62,884 nucleotides of DNA from assembly GCA_001776935.1 (NCBI GenBank), contig MFDN01000003.1, positions 1-62,884 of the forward strand. Direction: 5' to 3'. A program made the position numbers and the translations under genes. The notes under the pieces are model-generated. The model was given only the letters and a program-made list of their open reading frames with translations, was not told the DNA's origin and did no database searches. Each line of letters opens with the position of its first letter. The first letter of the stretch is position 1. The stretch comes from Candidatus Daviesbacteria bacterium RIFCSPLOWO2_01_FULL_39_23 (GTDB taxonomy: Bacteria; Patescibacteriota; Microgenomatia; Daviesbacterales; UBA10151). Of this stretch, positions 20,292 to 29,056 are shown one piece after another.

Positions 20292-21494
20292 ATGGCAGAA
20301 TTTATCTATAAAGCAAAGGATTTGCAAGGCAATGATCATATCGGAAGCGTTCAGTCTCCTGATGCACATTCTGCTGTCTCTATACTGCAAAAAAAAGGTT
20401 TGATCATTATTTCTTTAAATTCCAAAAATCCTTTTGCCAATAAATTCTTAAGCCGTTTTATAGACAGGGTCGGCTTTACGGAGTTGGTTATTATTACCAG
20501 GCAGCTTGCCACTATGGTTTCAAGCGGACTGGTTTTATCCGAGGCGCTGGATATTTTGGAAGAACAGCAGACAAATAAAACTTTAAAAAAAGCCCTTGCA
20601 GATATTTCGGAGAATGTAAAGGGTGGATTAACCCTGTCCCAGTCTTTGAGTAAATATCCGGATATATTCCCCCGTTTATATATAAATCTGGTGAAAAGCG
20701 GCGAAGCTTCCGGTAAGCTTGATTCGGTGCTTTTGCAGATGGCTGACGGATTGGAAAAAGACAGAGAATTTAAAGCAAAGATTAAAGGAGCGATGATTTA
20801 TCCTATTGTTGTTTTATCCATGATGGTGGTTGTTATCATTATAATGATGGTTTTTGTTATCCCTAAGCTCACTTCTTTATATAGCCAATCCACTATGGAC
20901 TTGCCTCTCCCCACTAAAATCTTAATTACTGTATCGGCGCTCTTTACAAATTATTGGTGGCTTGTAATAATCCTTTTGATTGCAGGTGCGTTTGCTGTTA
21001 CAAGGTGGAACCGGACACCCGAGGGTAATTTGTTTTTCGGCAGAGTGATTTTAAAAACTCCGCTTGTTGGGAAAATTGTTACTTCTGCAATTTTGACTAA
21101 TTTTAACCGGACGTTTGGGCTTTTGACATCTGCCGGTATCCCCCTTTTAAATTCTATCGGCATAGTAACGGATTTGATGCCAAACCCCGTATATAAAAAC
21201 GCCCTTAGGGACGCTTATAACGGGGTTGAAAAGGGTTTGCCGTTTTCCATGCTTTTGGCGGGCGATATATTTCCTAAGATCGTAGGCCAAATGATTAAAG
21301 TGGGTGAGGAAACAGGTAAAGTGGATGAAGTTTTTTTTAAGCTTTCCGAATATTTTGAAGCCGAGTCGGATCATATGATTAAAAATTTAACAGTGGCTAT
21401 TGAACCGATTGTTTTAATTATTTTGGGTATCGGAGTGGCATTTTTAGTGCTTTCAATAATATTACCGATTTATAAACTTACAACTTCGTTCTAA
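20292..21494 (+). CDS. pilC: type IV pilus platform protein PilC (GspF family)
   Basis: 400 aa, duplicated GspF-type cytoplasmic domains and three TM segments. Confidence 0.9.
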   Translation: MAEFIYKAKDLQGNDHIGSVQSPDAHSAVSILQKKGLIIISLNSKNPFANKFLSRFIDRVGFTELVIITRQLATMVSSGLVLSEALDILEEQQTNKTLKKALADISENVKGGLTLSQSLSKYPDIFPRLYINLVKSGEASGKLDSVLLQMADGLEKDREFKAKIKGAMIYPIVVLSMMVVVIIIMMVFVIPKLTSLYSQSTMDLPLPTKILITVSALFTNYWWLVIILLIAGAFAVTRWNRTPEGNLFFGRVILKTPLVGKIVTSAILTNFNRTFGLLTSAGIPLLNSIGIVTDLMPNPVYKNALRDAYNGVEKGLPFSMLLAGDIFPKIVGQMIKVGEETGKVDEVFFKLSEYFEAESDHMIKNLTVAIEPIVLIILGIGVAFLVLSIILPIYKLTTSF

Positions 21495-21500
21495 GTTTGT

Positions 21501-21589
21501 GATCCTTCGGATCTAAAACTCACTACGCCTTTTTAGACTTCGTGAGTTTGCGAGAACTGCATATGCTATTGAAATCGTTGTTTCAATAG
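21501..21589 (+). promoter_or_regulatory. structured intergenic region (three hairpins) between pilC and first pilin
   Basis: GATCC-TTC-GGATC (21501-21513); AAACTCAC...GTGAGTTT (21516-21549); CTATTGAAA-TCGTTG-TTTCAATAG (21566-21589); none followed by a T-tract. Confidence 0.3.
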
Positions 21590-21687
21590 CCATTCCATTC
21601 TCTAAAATTAACTACCAGCTTCTAATTTGGTCTCTTGACTGTATGTTACAAGTTATGTCTACAATGAAAGGTAAGGAGGTGAGAAAT

Positions 21688-22245
21688 TTGAAAAAATCTG
21701 CTCAGGTTCACAAAGGTTTTACCCTTGTTGAACTTTTAGTAGTTATTGCAATTATTGCCATATTGGCAGCTGTCGTTGTCTTGATTATTAATCCGTTGGA
21801 ACTCACAAGAAGAGGTCGTGACGCAGCCAGACTTTCCGATTTGTCTAATTTACAACAGGCGATTAATGTGACTTTGCAAGAAGCCACAGGTTCTGCCACG
21901 GAAATTTTGTGCAAAGGCGGAATTTGTACCGGAAACAGCGTTAGCGATTCAAGGGCTGCAGACGGAGACGGATGGGTGAAGGCTAATTTGTCAGCACAGA
22001 CCAGCGTATCCGTGCCGATTTTGCCTGTTGATCCGGCTTCCAGTCCCAATACTGCCGCCAATCATTACACTTACTGTTCTAATGGCGACACCTGGAAAAT
22101 CGTGACCGATTTGGAATCAACCCAACAGACGCCTAAGGAAACACAGGACGGGGGTACCAATACCACAGGTGGTAGCACAGGTACCGGAGGTAGCGATAAT
22201 CTTTACGAAGTTGGTTCTAATATGGCTTTGACATGCGCCTATTAG
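21688..22245 (+). CDS. type IV pilin (candidate major pilin)
   Basis: Class III signal KKSAQVHKG|FTLVELLVVIAIIAILAAV with Glu+5. TTG start 8 nt after TAAGGAGGTG; the ORF is open from 21643 and an alternative ATG lies at 21664. Confidence 0.85.
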   Translation: MKKSAQVHKGFTLVELLVVIAIIAILAAVVVLIINPLELTRRGRDAARLSDLSNLQQAINVTLQEATGSATEILCKGGICTGNSVSDSRAADGDGWVKANLSAQTSVSVPILPVDPASSPNTAANHYTYCSNGDTWKIVTDLESTQQTPKETQDGGTNTTGGSTGTGGSDNLYEVGSNMALTCAY

Positions 22246-22339
22246 ATTAGGTTTTAGTATGCTTTGAAAGGTCGTGCTTGCGAGAAAAATTTGCGGCACG
22301 GCCTTTCTTTTTTTAGTCAGGTTTTTAGAAAATACAGAT

Positions 22340-23266
22340 ATGAGTTATTTATTCACGGTTATTGGTTTTATCCTGGGAAGCGTACTCGGAAGTTTTGTCA
22401 AAGCACTTGCTGATAGAAGTCTAACCAGAAAATCTTTCTGGGGAAGATCGTATTGTTTGATGTGTAAGAAGAAATTACAATGGTATGACCTTATCCCTAT
22501 TTTTTCATATTTATTTCTAAAAGGAAAATGCCGATACTGCAAAAAAAATATCGGGACAGAATACCTAGTAGTTGAAGTGGTACTGGGATTTTTAATAGCT
22601 TTTTTGTTTTGGCAAACTTTTCTTGGATTTCAATTTTCCCTTACTGAACTTTCGGTTTCATATGAGGAAAGATTCCGCTTTTCAATTTTTTTATGGAACC
22701 TTTTTTATAAAACCTTCTTTATAGTAGTTTTGGCGATTCTTTTTTTGACTGATATTAAGAAAATGCTTATTCCGGACAGGATAATTATTCCTTCCATTAT
22801 AATCGGTATTACCTGCTTAGTGATCGTCACTATATATAAAGTTTCCTATCTTTATTACCTGCTTTCCCAGTCTTCTTTCGGACGCAAACTTCTGCCGCCG
22901 CACAGCGACTACTTTCAAAGGCATGCTTTTTTATCTGTTGAGCCTTTAATTTACGGAATTGCTGCAGGTTTTTTGATCGGTTTGTTTTTTACTGGGCTGA
23001 TCATAATTACCCGCGGCAAAGGCATGGGCGGAGGGGATGTAAAGCTGGGAGCATTTATGGGGATAATACTGGGATTTCCGCAGGCTCTTTTAGCGCTTAT
23101 GCTGGCGTTTTTTACGGGAGCTATTTTTTCTTTATTCTTAATTATTCTAGGAAAGAAAAGTTTTGGTCAATCTATTCCCTTTGGGCCTTTTTTAGTTTTA
23201 GGCAGTTTAACTGCGCTTTTTTGGGGCGATCAAATACTTGATTGGTATTTGCATTTGGGAAGATAA
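22340..23266 (+). CDS. pilD: prepilin peptidase / N-methyltransferase PilD (A24 family)
   Basis: CLMC...CRYC zinc motif, multi-TM, catalytic GGGDVKLG box. Confidence 0.9.
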   Translation: MSYLFTVIGFILGSVLGSFVKALADRSLTRKSFWGRSYCLMCKKKLQWYDLIPIFSYLFLKGKCRYCKKNIGTEYLVVEVVLGFLIAFLFWQTFLGFQFSLTELSVSYEERFRFSIFLWNLFYKTFFIVVLAILFLTDIKKMLIPDRIIIPSIIIGITCLVIVTIYKVSYLYYLLSQSSFGRKLLPPHSDYFQRHAFLSVEPLIYGIAAGFLIGLFFTGLIIITRGKGMGGGDVKLGAFMGIILGFPQALLALMLAFFTGAIFSLFLIILGKKSFGQSIPFGPFLVLGSLTALFWGDQILDWYLHLGR

Positions 23267-23308
23267 AATAATTTACAATTTACAATGTACAATTTACAAT
23301 GAAGGCAG

Positions 23309-23749
23309 ATGAAATTTTCTAAAAGGGGCTTCACCTTAATTGAACTCTTAGTGGTGATTGCAATAATTGCGGTATTGTCTATGGTGGGAATCGCTGTTTA
23401 TACCGATATTGGGGCCGGCGCAAGAAACGCCAAAAGAATGGGTGATATTGATGCAATAGCCAAAGCTTTGGAAGTTCACCAGACTTCAAACGGCTATATT
23501 CCACTTGCTAATTCACAATTCGGAAGCGGCGGTATTCCCCTGACTGACAGTCAAAGGAATGTCTATTGCGGGAATTCTACACAAAACGATCCTGCTGATC
23601 CAACTGCATTCTGGGGAATAACGTGTCCAACAAGCTACGGCGTATTGGGTGCTCATCCTCAAGCAGGTACCAGTTGGAAAATTTGTGCCTGGCTGGAAGG
23701 TGCGGGAGGTGAAAATGCAAAGGCTTATTGCAGGTCTAATGCTGAATAA
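23309..23749 (+). CDS. type IV pilin-like protein
   Basis: MKFSKRG|FTLIELLVVIAIIAVL; C-terminal Cys pair WKICAW...YCRSN. Confidence 0.85.
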   Translation: MKFSKRGFTLIELLVVIAIIAVLSMVGIAVYTDIGAGARNAKRMGDIDAIAKALEVHQTSNGYIPLANSQFGSGGIPLTDSQRNVYCGNSTQNDPADPTAFWGITCPTSYGVLGAHPQAGTSWKICAWLEGAGGENAKAYCRSNAE

Positions 23750-23769
23750 ATTGAGGCTATTTTGGGGTA

Positions 23770-23799
23770 TTGACAAGTATTTTTAGGTATGTGAATAAT
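23770..23799 (+). promoter_or_regulatory. putative promoter TTGACA-18-AATAAT upstream of pilin 23820
   Basis: Hexamers read directly; shares GAATAATAGATT with the region upstream of pilin 24830. Confidence 0.4.
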
Positions 23800-23819
23800 A
23801 GATTAGTAACAAATTTTTA

Positions 23820-24314
23820 ATGAAAAAACTACTGCCCAAAACTGCTAATAACCCAAAAGGTTTTACCCTGATTGAACTCCTTATTGTTGTCACTATCATT
23901 GCAGTTTTATCTGCGATCGGATATGCAGTTTATGCAAATCTTGGTTTGCAAGCAAAATCAAGAAATGACAGAAGAAAAGCTGATATTGATGCAATTTCTA
24001 AAGCATTGGAAGTTAATAAGATTCCGGAAGGAAACTATGCTGAGTTAGATAATGCCCAATTTTCTAATGGGATAGTGCCAACTGATCCTGGTACAAGTAC
24101 TTCTTATTGTGTAACAGTAACCGCTACAAATGTAACGGCATCGAATCCTAGCGCTTGGGGAGCATGTAGCGCTGTTCTACCAGCTAATGAGTGGTCTACT
24201 GTTGCTGATGCTGTTCCGGCTACTACAGTTCAATGGAAAGCATGCGCCTGGTTAGAAGCTGAAGTTAATCCAACCAAGGCGGCTCAAACATACTGCAGAC
24301 GTAACTCCCAGTAG
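23820..24314 (+). CDS. type IV pilin-like protein
   Basis: NNPKG|FTLIELLIVVTIIAVL; C-terminal WKACAW...YCRRN. Confidence 0.85.
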   Translation: MKKLLPKTANNPKGFTLIELLIVVTIIAVLSAIGYAVYANLGLQAKSRNDRRKADIDAISKALEVNKIPEGNYAELDNAQFSNGIVPTDPGTSTSYCVTVTATNVTASNPSAWGACSAVLPANEWSTVADAVPATTVQWKACAWLEAEVNPTKAAQTYCRRNSQ

Positions 24315-24331
24315 TTTAATAGAACTTATTA

Positions 24332-24781
24332 ATGTTCCGGAATACAAAAGGTTTTACCCTGATTGAACTCCTTATTGTTGTCACTATCATTGCTGTTTTA
24401 TCTGCCATCGGATATGCAGTTTTCAGTGGTCTTTCCACCTCAGGAAATGATTCCAGAAGGAGAGGAGATCTGAAAGCCATCTCAGATGCGTTAGAAGCAA
24501 AAAAAGGTACTAATTCCAATTATCAATTAATTAAAGCAGGTTCTTTTACGGGAGGGGTTATTCCCAAGGAGCCAACAGGAAGGGATGAAAAATACTGTTA
24601 CGGCGAGGATAATACACCGATTGATAACCCATCTGTCTGGACCGGCAGTACCTGCCCTGTTGGTATCCCAACTAACATTGATAATGCTGCTACAATTGGA
24701 ACCAATAATTTTCCTTATTATAAAGTATGCGCAGTTAATGAAAAAAAAGACGATGTAATTTGTTTTGGCAGCAGACAATAA
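24332..24781 (+). CDS. type IV pilin-like protein
   Basis: MFRNTKG|FTLIELLIVVTIIAVL; 5' 77 nt nearly identical to the previous gene. Confidence 0.85.
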   Translation: MFRNTKGFTLIELLIVVTIIAVLSAIGYAVFSGLSTSGNDSRRRGDLKAISDALEAKKGTNSNYQLIKAGSFTGGVIPKEPTGRDEKYCYGEDNTPIDNPSVWTGSTCPVGIPTNIDNAATIGTNNFPYYKVCAVNEKKDDVICFGSRQ

Positions 24782-24793
24782 TGCCTTTTCTAC

Positions 24794-24822
24794 TTGAAAT
24801 AATATTGCTTACTTGAAATAAT
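24794..24822 (+). promoter_or_regulatory. putative promoter TTGAAA-17-AATAAT inside a 14-nt direct repeat (TACTTGAAATAATA x2)
   Basis: Repeat copies 24791-24804 and 24810-24823 read directly. Confidence 0.4.
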
Positions 24823-24829
24823 AGATTTA

Positions 24830-25354
24830 ATGCCCAAATCTTTACGCGGATTCACCCTTATAGAACTTTTGGTGACTGTGAGTATTATTGCCATATTGGC
24901 AACCATCGGCCTTATTGCCTACTCTTCTATTTTAGCGCAGGGACGGGATTCAAAAAGGCAATCGGATTTGCGATCCATTCAATCTGCCCTGGAGCAGTAT
25001 TACAGCGACCAGGGGTTTTACCCTACGGCAGGTCCAGTTGGTACCCAACAGCAACAGGGGCTTAATGATCTGTTAGCGTCTACCACTACCCCGCCTCCTG
25101 CTTTTGACAGCAATACAGGCAATCCTGTAACTTCCGGCATAATTAAAAAATACATTAACCAATTGCCTCATGATCCGGCAGAAATAGATTATTATTATGA
25201 AGCGTTTTCAAGCAATTTATCATCATGTGACAATAGTACTACTAACAAATGCACAACTTATTGTCTTTATACTCAATTGGAAAGCCTTTCTGCAAATGAC
25301 TTAAAAGGATGTCGAGAAGTTTCCACCTATAATTTTGCCCTCACTCCCCCATAA
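24830..25354 (+). CDS. GspG/PulG-like pilin
   Basis: SLRG|FTLIELLVTVSIIAIL followed by GRDSKRQSDLRSIQSALEQYYSDQGFYP. Confidence 0.85.
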   Translation: MPKSLRGFTLIELLVTVSIIAILATIGLIAYSSILAQGRDSKRQSDLRSIQSALEQYYSDQGFYPTAGPVGTQQQQGLNDLLASTTTPPPAFDSNTGNPVTSGIIKKYINQLPHDPAEIDYYYEAFSSNLSSCDNSTTNKCTTYCLYTQLESLSANDLKGCREVSTYNFALTPP

Positions 25355-25403
25355 GAAAGGTTGCAGTTTACAGGGTGCAGGTTTCAGTTTACAATAGAAT
25401 CAG

Positions 25404-25946
25404 ATGAAATTTTCTGCCCGTGGTTTTACCCTTATGGAGCTTTTAGTGGTAGTTGCCATAATTTCTATTATAGGAGTATATGCACTTTCCAATTATAAAT
25501 CCTTTGGGGAGGATCAAAATTTAAAAAATTCGGTTTTAGATATCCAAAGCAAGCTGCGTACAGCTCAAGCTAATGCCACTTCCAATACAAAATGTGATAC
25601 CCAGTATAATGCTACTTGGGAAGTTGGGTTTGAAAATGATAATGCTGTTAATTTAAACTGCAGGGAATTACCTGATAATATCTATACAAAAAAAACCATA
25701 AATTTGGGTAACATTATACTAACATCAGTACGGGGAGAGCCAGACGCATCCTGCCCGGCGGAGACAGCTTTTAGTGTAATTTTCAATCCACTAAGCGGTA
25801 ATATAAATTTTAAGGATGATAATCCGGGAGGAGGTATTTTGGATGGTTGTTCGAAAATTACGCTAACCTTAGAAAATACTAAAACAATTCCTCCTATACA
25901 AAAAAAATTAATTATTGAAAAAGGAGGAAGGATATATGCAGAGTAA
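25404..25946 (+). CDS. minor pilin (FimT/GspH-like)
   Basis: MKFSARG|FTLMELLVVVAIISII; 180 aa. Confidence 0.8.
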   Translation: MKFSARGFTLMELLVVVAIISIIGVYALSNYKSFGEDQNLKNSVLDIQSKLRTAQANATSNTKCDTQYNATWEVGFENDNAVNLNCRELPDNIYTKKTINLGNIILTSVRGEPDASCPAETAFSVIFNPLSGNINFKDDNPGGGILDGCSKITLTLENTKTIPPIQKKLIIEKGGRIYAE

Positions 25947-26952
25947 CCAATTAACAGTTAACAATGAACAGTTAACAAGTAAAAATCAGTTACTGGACAG
26001 AATATTACGATTTGCAATTGATATTATTAGTCTTGTTGATAAACTTCCCCGGAGTCCTGCAGGTATGAATATTGCAAATCAGCTGGTTAGGTCGGCAACA
26101 TCAATCGGAGCTAATACAGAAGAAGCCCAAGGAGCTTCTTCAAGGAGAGATTTCATAAATAAAATGCATATTGCTTTAAAAGAGGCAAAAGAAAGCAAAT
26201 ATTGGCTTAAGCTTATCCGGCTCTCTCACCTGCAGTCCAGCTATTCAGTGGAGCGCGAACTAAAGGAAGCGGATGAGCTTTGTGCGATTTTTTCTGTTAT
26301 TGTGAAGAAAGCAAAGGTTAACTTGTTAAATGTTAAATCTCAAATGTTAAATGCTAATGGTCAGTCGCTTTTGGAGGTCACAGTGGCTGTGGCTATTGGC
26401 ACCCTGGTGGTGGCGGCTTTAACTTTTGCAACTATTTTTTCTTTAAGAAATGCTAATTTTGCCAAAAACTCTGCCCAGGCCACAAAACTGGCTCAGGAAG
26501 GGATAGAAAGGGTCAGAAGCAGCAGAGACCGAAATCAATGCATAGAAGGTTTGACTAATGTTAACTCCTGGAACGGTAGCACGGATTGTTCTGCCGTATC
26601 TGGATCAGGATCGATTTGGACTTATCCTATATCAGGTGACTGCGACAAACCTGATTTACCTCAAGCAGGTTTTTGCTATTTTAAGGTTAATTCAACTACC
26701 GGACAATTAACAAATATTGGTTTTTCGTTTACACCAACATCCTCTGTCCCATTACCTGCTCAGGCAGAAGGTATTCCTACAACTAACCCGGTATTTAAGA
26801 GGGTAATTCTTCTGTCAGATGATCTTAATCATGATAAAAATTTTACTAACGATGATTATCAAAACCAAAAAGAAGTGACAGTTATTGTTACCTGGAATGA
26901 TTTTGCAGGGACTCATGAATCAAGGTTGACTACTATATTAAGAAAACTATGA
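25936..26952 (+). CDS. four-helix-bundle (23S rRNA IVS-type) domain in frame with a minor pilin-like protein
   Basis: 4HB family signature QLVRSATSIGANTEEAQGASSRRDFINKMHIALKEAKESKYWLKLI (25936 to ~26315; SD AGGAGG upstream). No stop before the internal ATG 26344, which begins MLNANG|QSLLEVTVAVAIGTLVV. Confidence 0.75.
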   Translation: MQSNQLTVNNEQLTSKNQLLDRILRFAIDIISLVDKLPRSPAGMNIANQLVRSATSIGANTEEAQGASSRRDFINKMHIALKEAKESKYWLKLIRLSHLQSSYSVERELKEADELCAIFSVIVKKAKVNLLNVKSQMLNANGQSLLEVTVAVAIGTLVVAALTFATIFSLRNANFAKNSAQATKLAQEGIERVRSSRDRNQCIEGLTNVNSWNGSTDCSAVSGSGSIWTYPISGDCDKPDLPQAGFCYFKVNSTTGQLTNIGFSFTPTSSVPLPAQAEGIPTTNPVFKRVILLSDDLNHDKNFTNDDYQNQKEVTVIVTWNDFAGTHESRLTTILRKL

Positions 26953-26963
26953 GAAGATTTGAT

Positions 26964-27050
26964 TGTCATTCTGAACGAAGTGAAGAATCTCTGACGAATG
27001 TCAGACCCACATTCGTGGGAGATCCTTCGGCTAATCGCCTCAGGATGACA
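26964..27050. mobile_element. MITE-like element (TGTCATTCTGA...TCAGGATGACA)
   Basis: Inverted termini, GAAGAATCTC box, central CCCAC-ATTC-GTGGG hairpin; the last 30 nt are identical to the end of the copy at 54584-54683. Confidence 0.7.
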
Positions 27051-27710
27051 AAGGAACAAGCTCAGGATGAGGGGAGAGAAAATGGTTTTACCCTGGCTGA
27101 AATTATGGTGGTGATGGCTATTACTGCTGTTGTCGGAACAATTTTGGTTTTAATATTTACCAATACGTTAAGAGGCAGCGGTAAATCGCAAATACTGGCG
27201 GTTATAAAGCAGAATGGGCAGTCGGTTTTAGGCAATATTGATAAAACAGTAAGGGATGCAGATAATATAATTTGTCCGACTGGTATTTCTCCTAGTGGCA
27301 GCATTTTAGTTGTTGTCAAAGACGGTGTTTATACAAGGTATCGGATGGTTCTGCCGGATTCATCTGATCCCGTGCCGCTATCCTGCAATGAAAACGGCTG
27401 TATTGCCTGGGATCAGCCGTCTAAGGAGAATGACCTTGATCCTAATACCGGACAGTTGAAATCAGATTCTCAATTTATTAATGATGTTTGCCTGCCAAAT
27501 TCTTTAATGAGTCAAGCTGCGGTTTTAACTGATACCAATTCTCAAACCGGAGTCTCGGTAGAAGATGGGTTTTTTACCCGGAATAAATCTGCAGGATATA
27601 AGGATCAGCTGACGATTGAATTTAAGTTAGGCCCGGGTGCCGGAGTGCCTCAAGCAATCAAAGAACAAATTGATCCGGTGAAATTTCAGACAACAGTGCA
27701 GCTGCGGTAA
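27045..27710 (+). CDS. minor pilin-like protein (PilW-like size)
   Basis: MTKEQAQDEGRENG|FTLAEIMVVMAITAVV; the ATG is supplied by the MITE terminus; the ORF is open from 26949 through the MITE. Confidence 0.75.
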   Translation: MTKEQAQDEGRENGFTLAEIMVVMAITAVVGTILVLIFTNTLRGSGKSQILAVIKQNGQSVLGNIDKTVRDADNIICPTGISPSGSILVVVKDGVYTRYRMVLPDSSDPVPLSCNENGCIAWDQPSKENDLDPNTGQLKSDSQFINDVCLPNSLMSQAAVLTDTNSQTGVSVEDGFFTRNKSAGYKDQLTIEFKLGPGAGVPQAIKEQIDPVKFQTTVQLR

Positions 27711-27752
27711 ATATTTGACAATGAGCGAACAACAACTGACAATGGAAGTAAG

Positions 27753-28598
27753 ATGAAAAAAGAAGAAAAAGGTCAGATTATCTTAATACTGGTTTTGGTG
27801 ATGACTGTAGCTTTAGCTATTGGGATATCTGTAATTCAAAGATCCTTGTCAGATATTTCAACAGCCACTAAAGTTGAACAATCTTCCCGGGCTTTTTCTG
27901 CCGCTGAGGCAGGGATAGAAAAAGCCTTAAGAGGCGATGCAACAGCAGTAAGTTTTCCGGAAAACAATTCCAGCGCTACGGTAACGGGTACAGATTTGAT
28001 TCCGGCTGTTCCGGCTGATGGCACTCGTCAGGATCCTTTGGAATACCCGAATTTAGCCAAAGAAGAAATTGCTCATGTTTGGTTGGCTGATCCGGATTCT
28101 GCCACTAATCCTCCTGCAGCATTTTACAAGCAGCCAAGTCTGGATATTTATTGGGGAAATTCCAATTTTGATCAGGCTGCTTTAGAGCTGACACTGGTTT
28201 ATTATAATGGCAGTCAATATACCACTCAAAATACCAAATGGTATCTTGACCATACTGTTACCAGAACTCCAGATAACAAATTTACTCCAGTTCCATGTAG
28301 CGGCGGATACAAACCGGGGACAAATACTTATCAATGTAAATATACGATAAATAGCCTGCCTGCTGGTTTGATGTTAATTCGGGCACGACTCTTGTATAAC
28401 AGCTCCTCGCAGCCTTTTGCAGTGCATGCTGTTGGGATTTGCGGAGCAGACTGCTCGCTTCCTCCGCAGGCAAGAAAATTAATTGCCACTGGTATTTCCG
28501 GTCAAACCCAGAGAAGAATTCAGGTATTCCGTCTTGATAAAGTAGTCCCGCCTTATTTCGACTACGCCATATTTTCCACCGGAGAAATTAATAAGTAA
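27753..28598 (+). CDS. PilX_N-type pilus-associated protein
   Basis: N-terminus KGQIILILVLVMTVALAIGISVIQRS...AEAGIEKAL resembles the PilX N-terminal domain. Confidence 0.65.
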   Translation: MKKEEKGQIILILVLVMTVALAIGISVIQRSLSDISTATKVEQSSRAFSAAEAGIEKALRGDATAVSFPENNSSATVTGTDLIPAVPADGTRQDPLEYPNLAKEEIAHVWLADPDSATNPPAAFYKQPSLDIYWGNSNFDQAALELTLVYYNGSQYTTQNTKWYLDHTVTRTPDNKFTPVPCSGGYKPGTNTYQCKYTINSLPAGLMLIRARLLYNSSSQPFAVHAVGICGADCSLPPQARKLIATGISGQTQRRIQVFRLDKVVPPYFDYAIFSTGEINK

Positions 28599-28601
28599 GT
28601 A

Positions 28602-29027
28602 ATGTTAAATGAAAAGGGTGTTTCTTTAATTGAGTCTTTGCTGGTTATTGTAGTGATAGGCTCGATATTATTTCTTATGGCAAATATTCCTAATGCGCTT
28701 CAGTTGGTTGGCAAGAGCAAACACATGAATTTAGCGCGGGAAATAGCCGTAAAACAAATTGAGGATAAAAGAGCAATAGATTATGCAGATATTGCCCTTG
28801 GCAGTTCTGCTGTTTCTGATTACCGCTTAGGTATGCTGCCCAGGGGAAGCGGCACAGTAACGGTGGGAGTGGAAGATGAGGAAGGAGAATGGGTAAACTG
28901 TGATGCCTCAATTTGTGCAAACGGAGAAGATGTGAAACAGCTAACAGTTACAGTTAACTGGCATGATAATAAACCTCAAACAATAACATTAAAAACTATG
29001 ATCGGAGAAGGAGGGATAAACCAGTAA
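28602..29027 (+). CDS. minor pilin-like protein
   Basis: MLNEKG|VSLIESLLVIVVIGSILF with Glu+5. Confidence 0.75.
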   Translation: MLNEKGVSLIESLLVIVVIGSILFLMANIPNALQLVGKSKHMNLAREIAVKQIEDKRAIDYADIALGSSAVSDYRLGMLPRGSGTVTVGVEDEEGEWVNCDASICANGEDVKQLTVTVNWHDNKPQTITLKTMIGEGGINQ

Positions 29028-29056
29028 AGTGCAAAGTGCAAAGTGCAAAGTGCAAA
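29026..29056 (+). repeat. perfect 7-nt tandem repeat (AAAGTGC)x4 spanning a stop/start junction
   Basis: Read directly; gives GTG codons at 29029, 29036, 29043, 29050. Confidence 0.9.

Noticed and set aside
25936-26315. The four-helix-bundle (Avd-like) ORF considered as part of a diversity-generating retroelement
   Set aside because: No reverse transcriptase ORF (no YxDD-type motif seen) exists anywhere in the window. I could find no template/variable repeat pair with adenine-specific differences.
26949-27044. N-terminal extension of the pilin-like ORF (MRRFDCHSERSEESLTNVRPTFVGDPSANRLR)
   Set aside because: It is a read-through translation of the MITE at 26964-27050. A normal prepilin leader starts at ATG 27045.
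29026-29056. The heptamer repeat as a simple ON/OFF phase-variation switch
   Set aside because: GTG codons recur every 7 nt and cover all three frames, so unit gain or loss still leaves an in-frame start. Only leader length or coupling would change, and it is kept as a finding in that weaker form.
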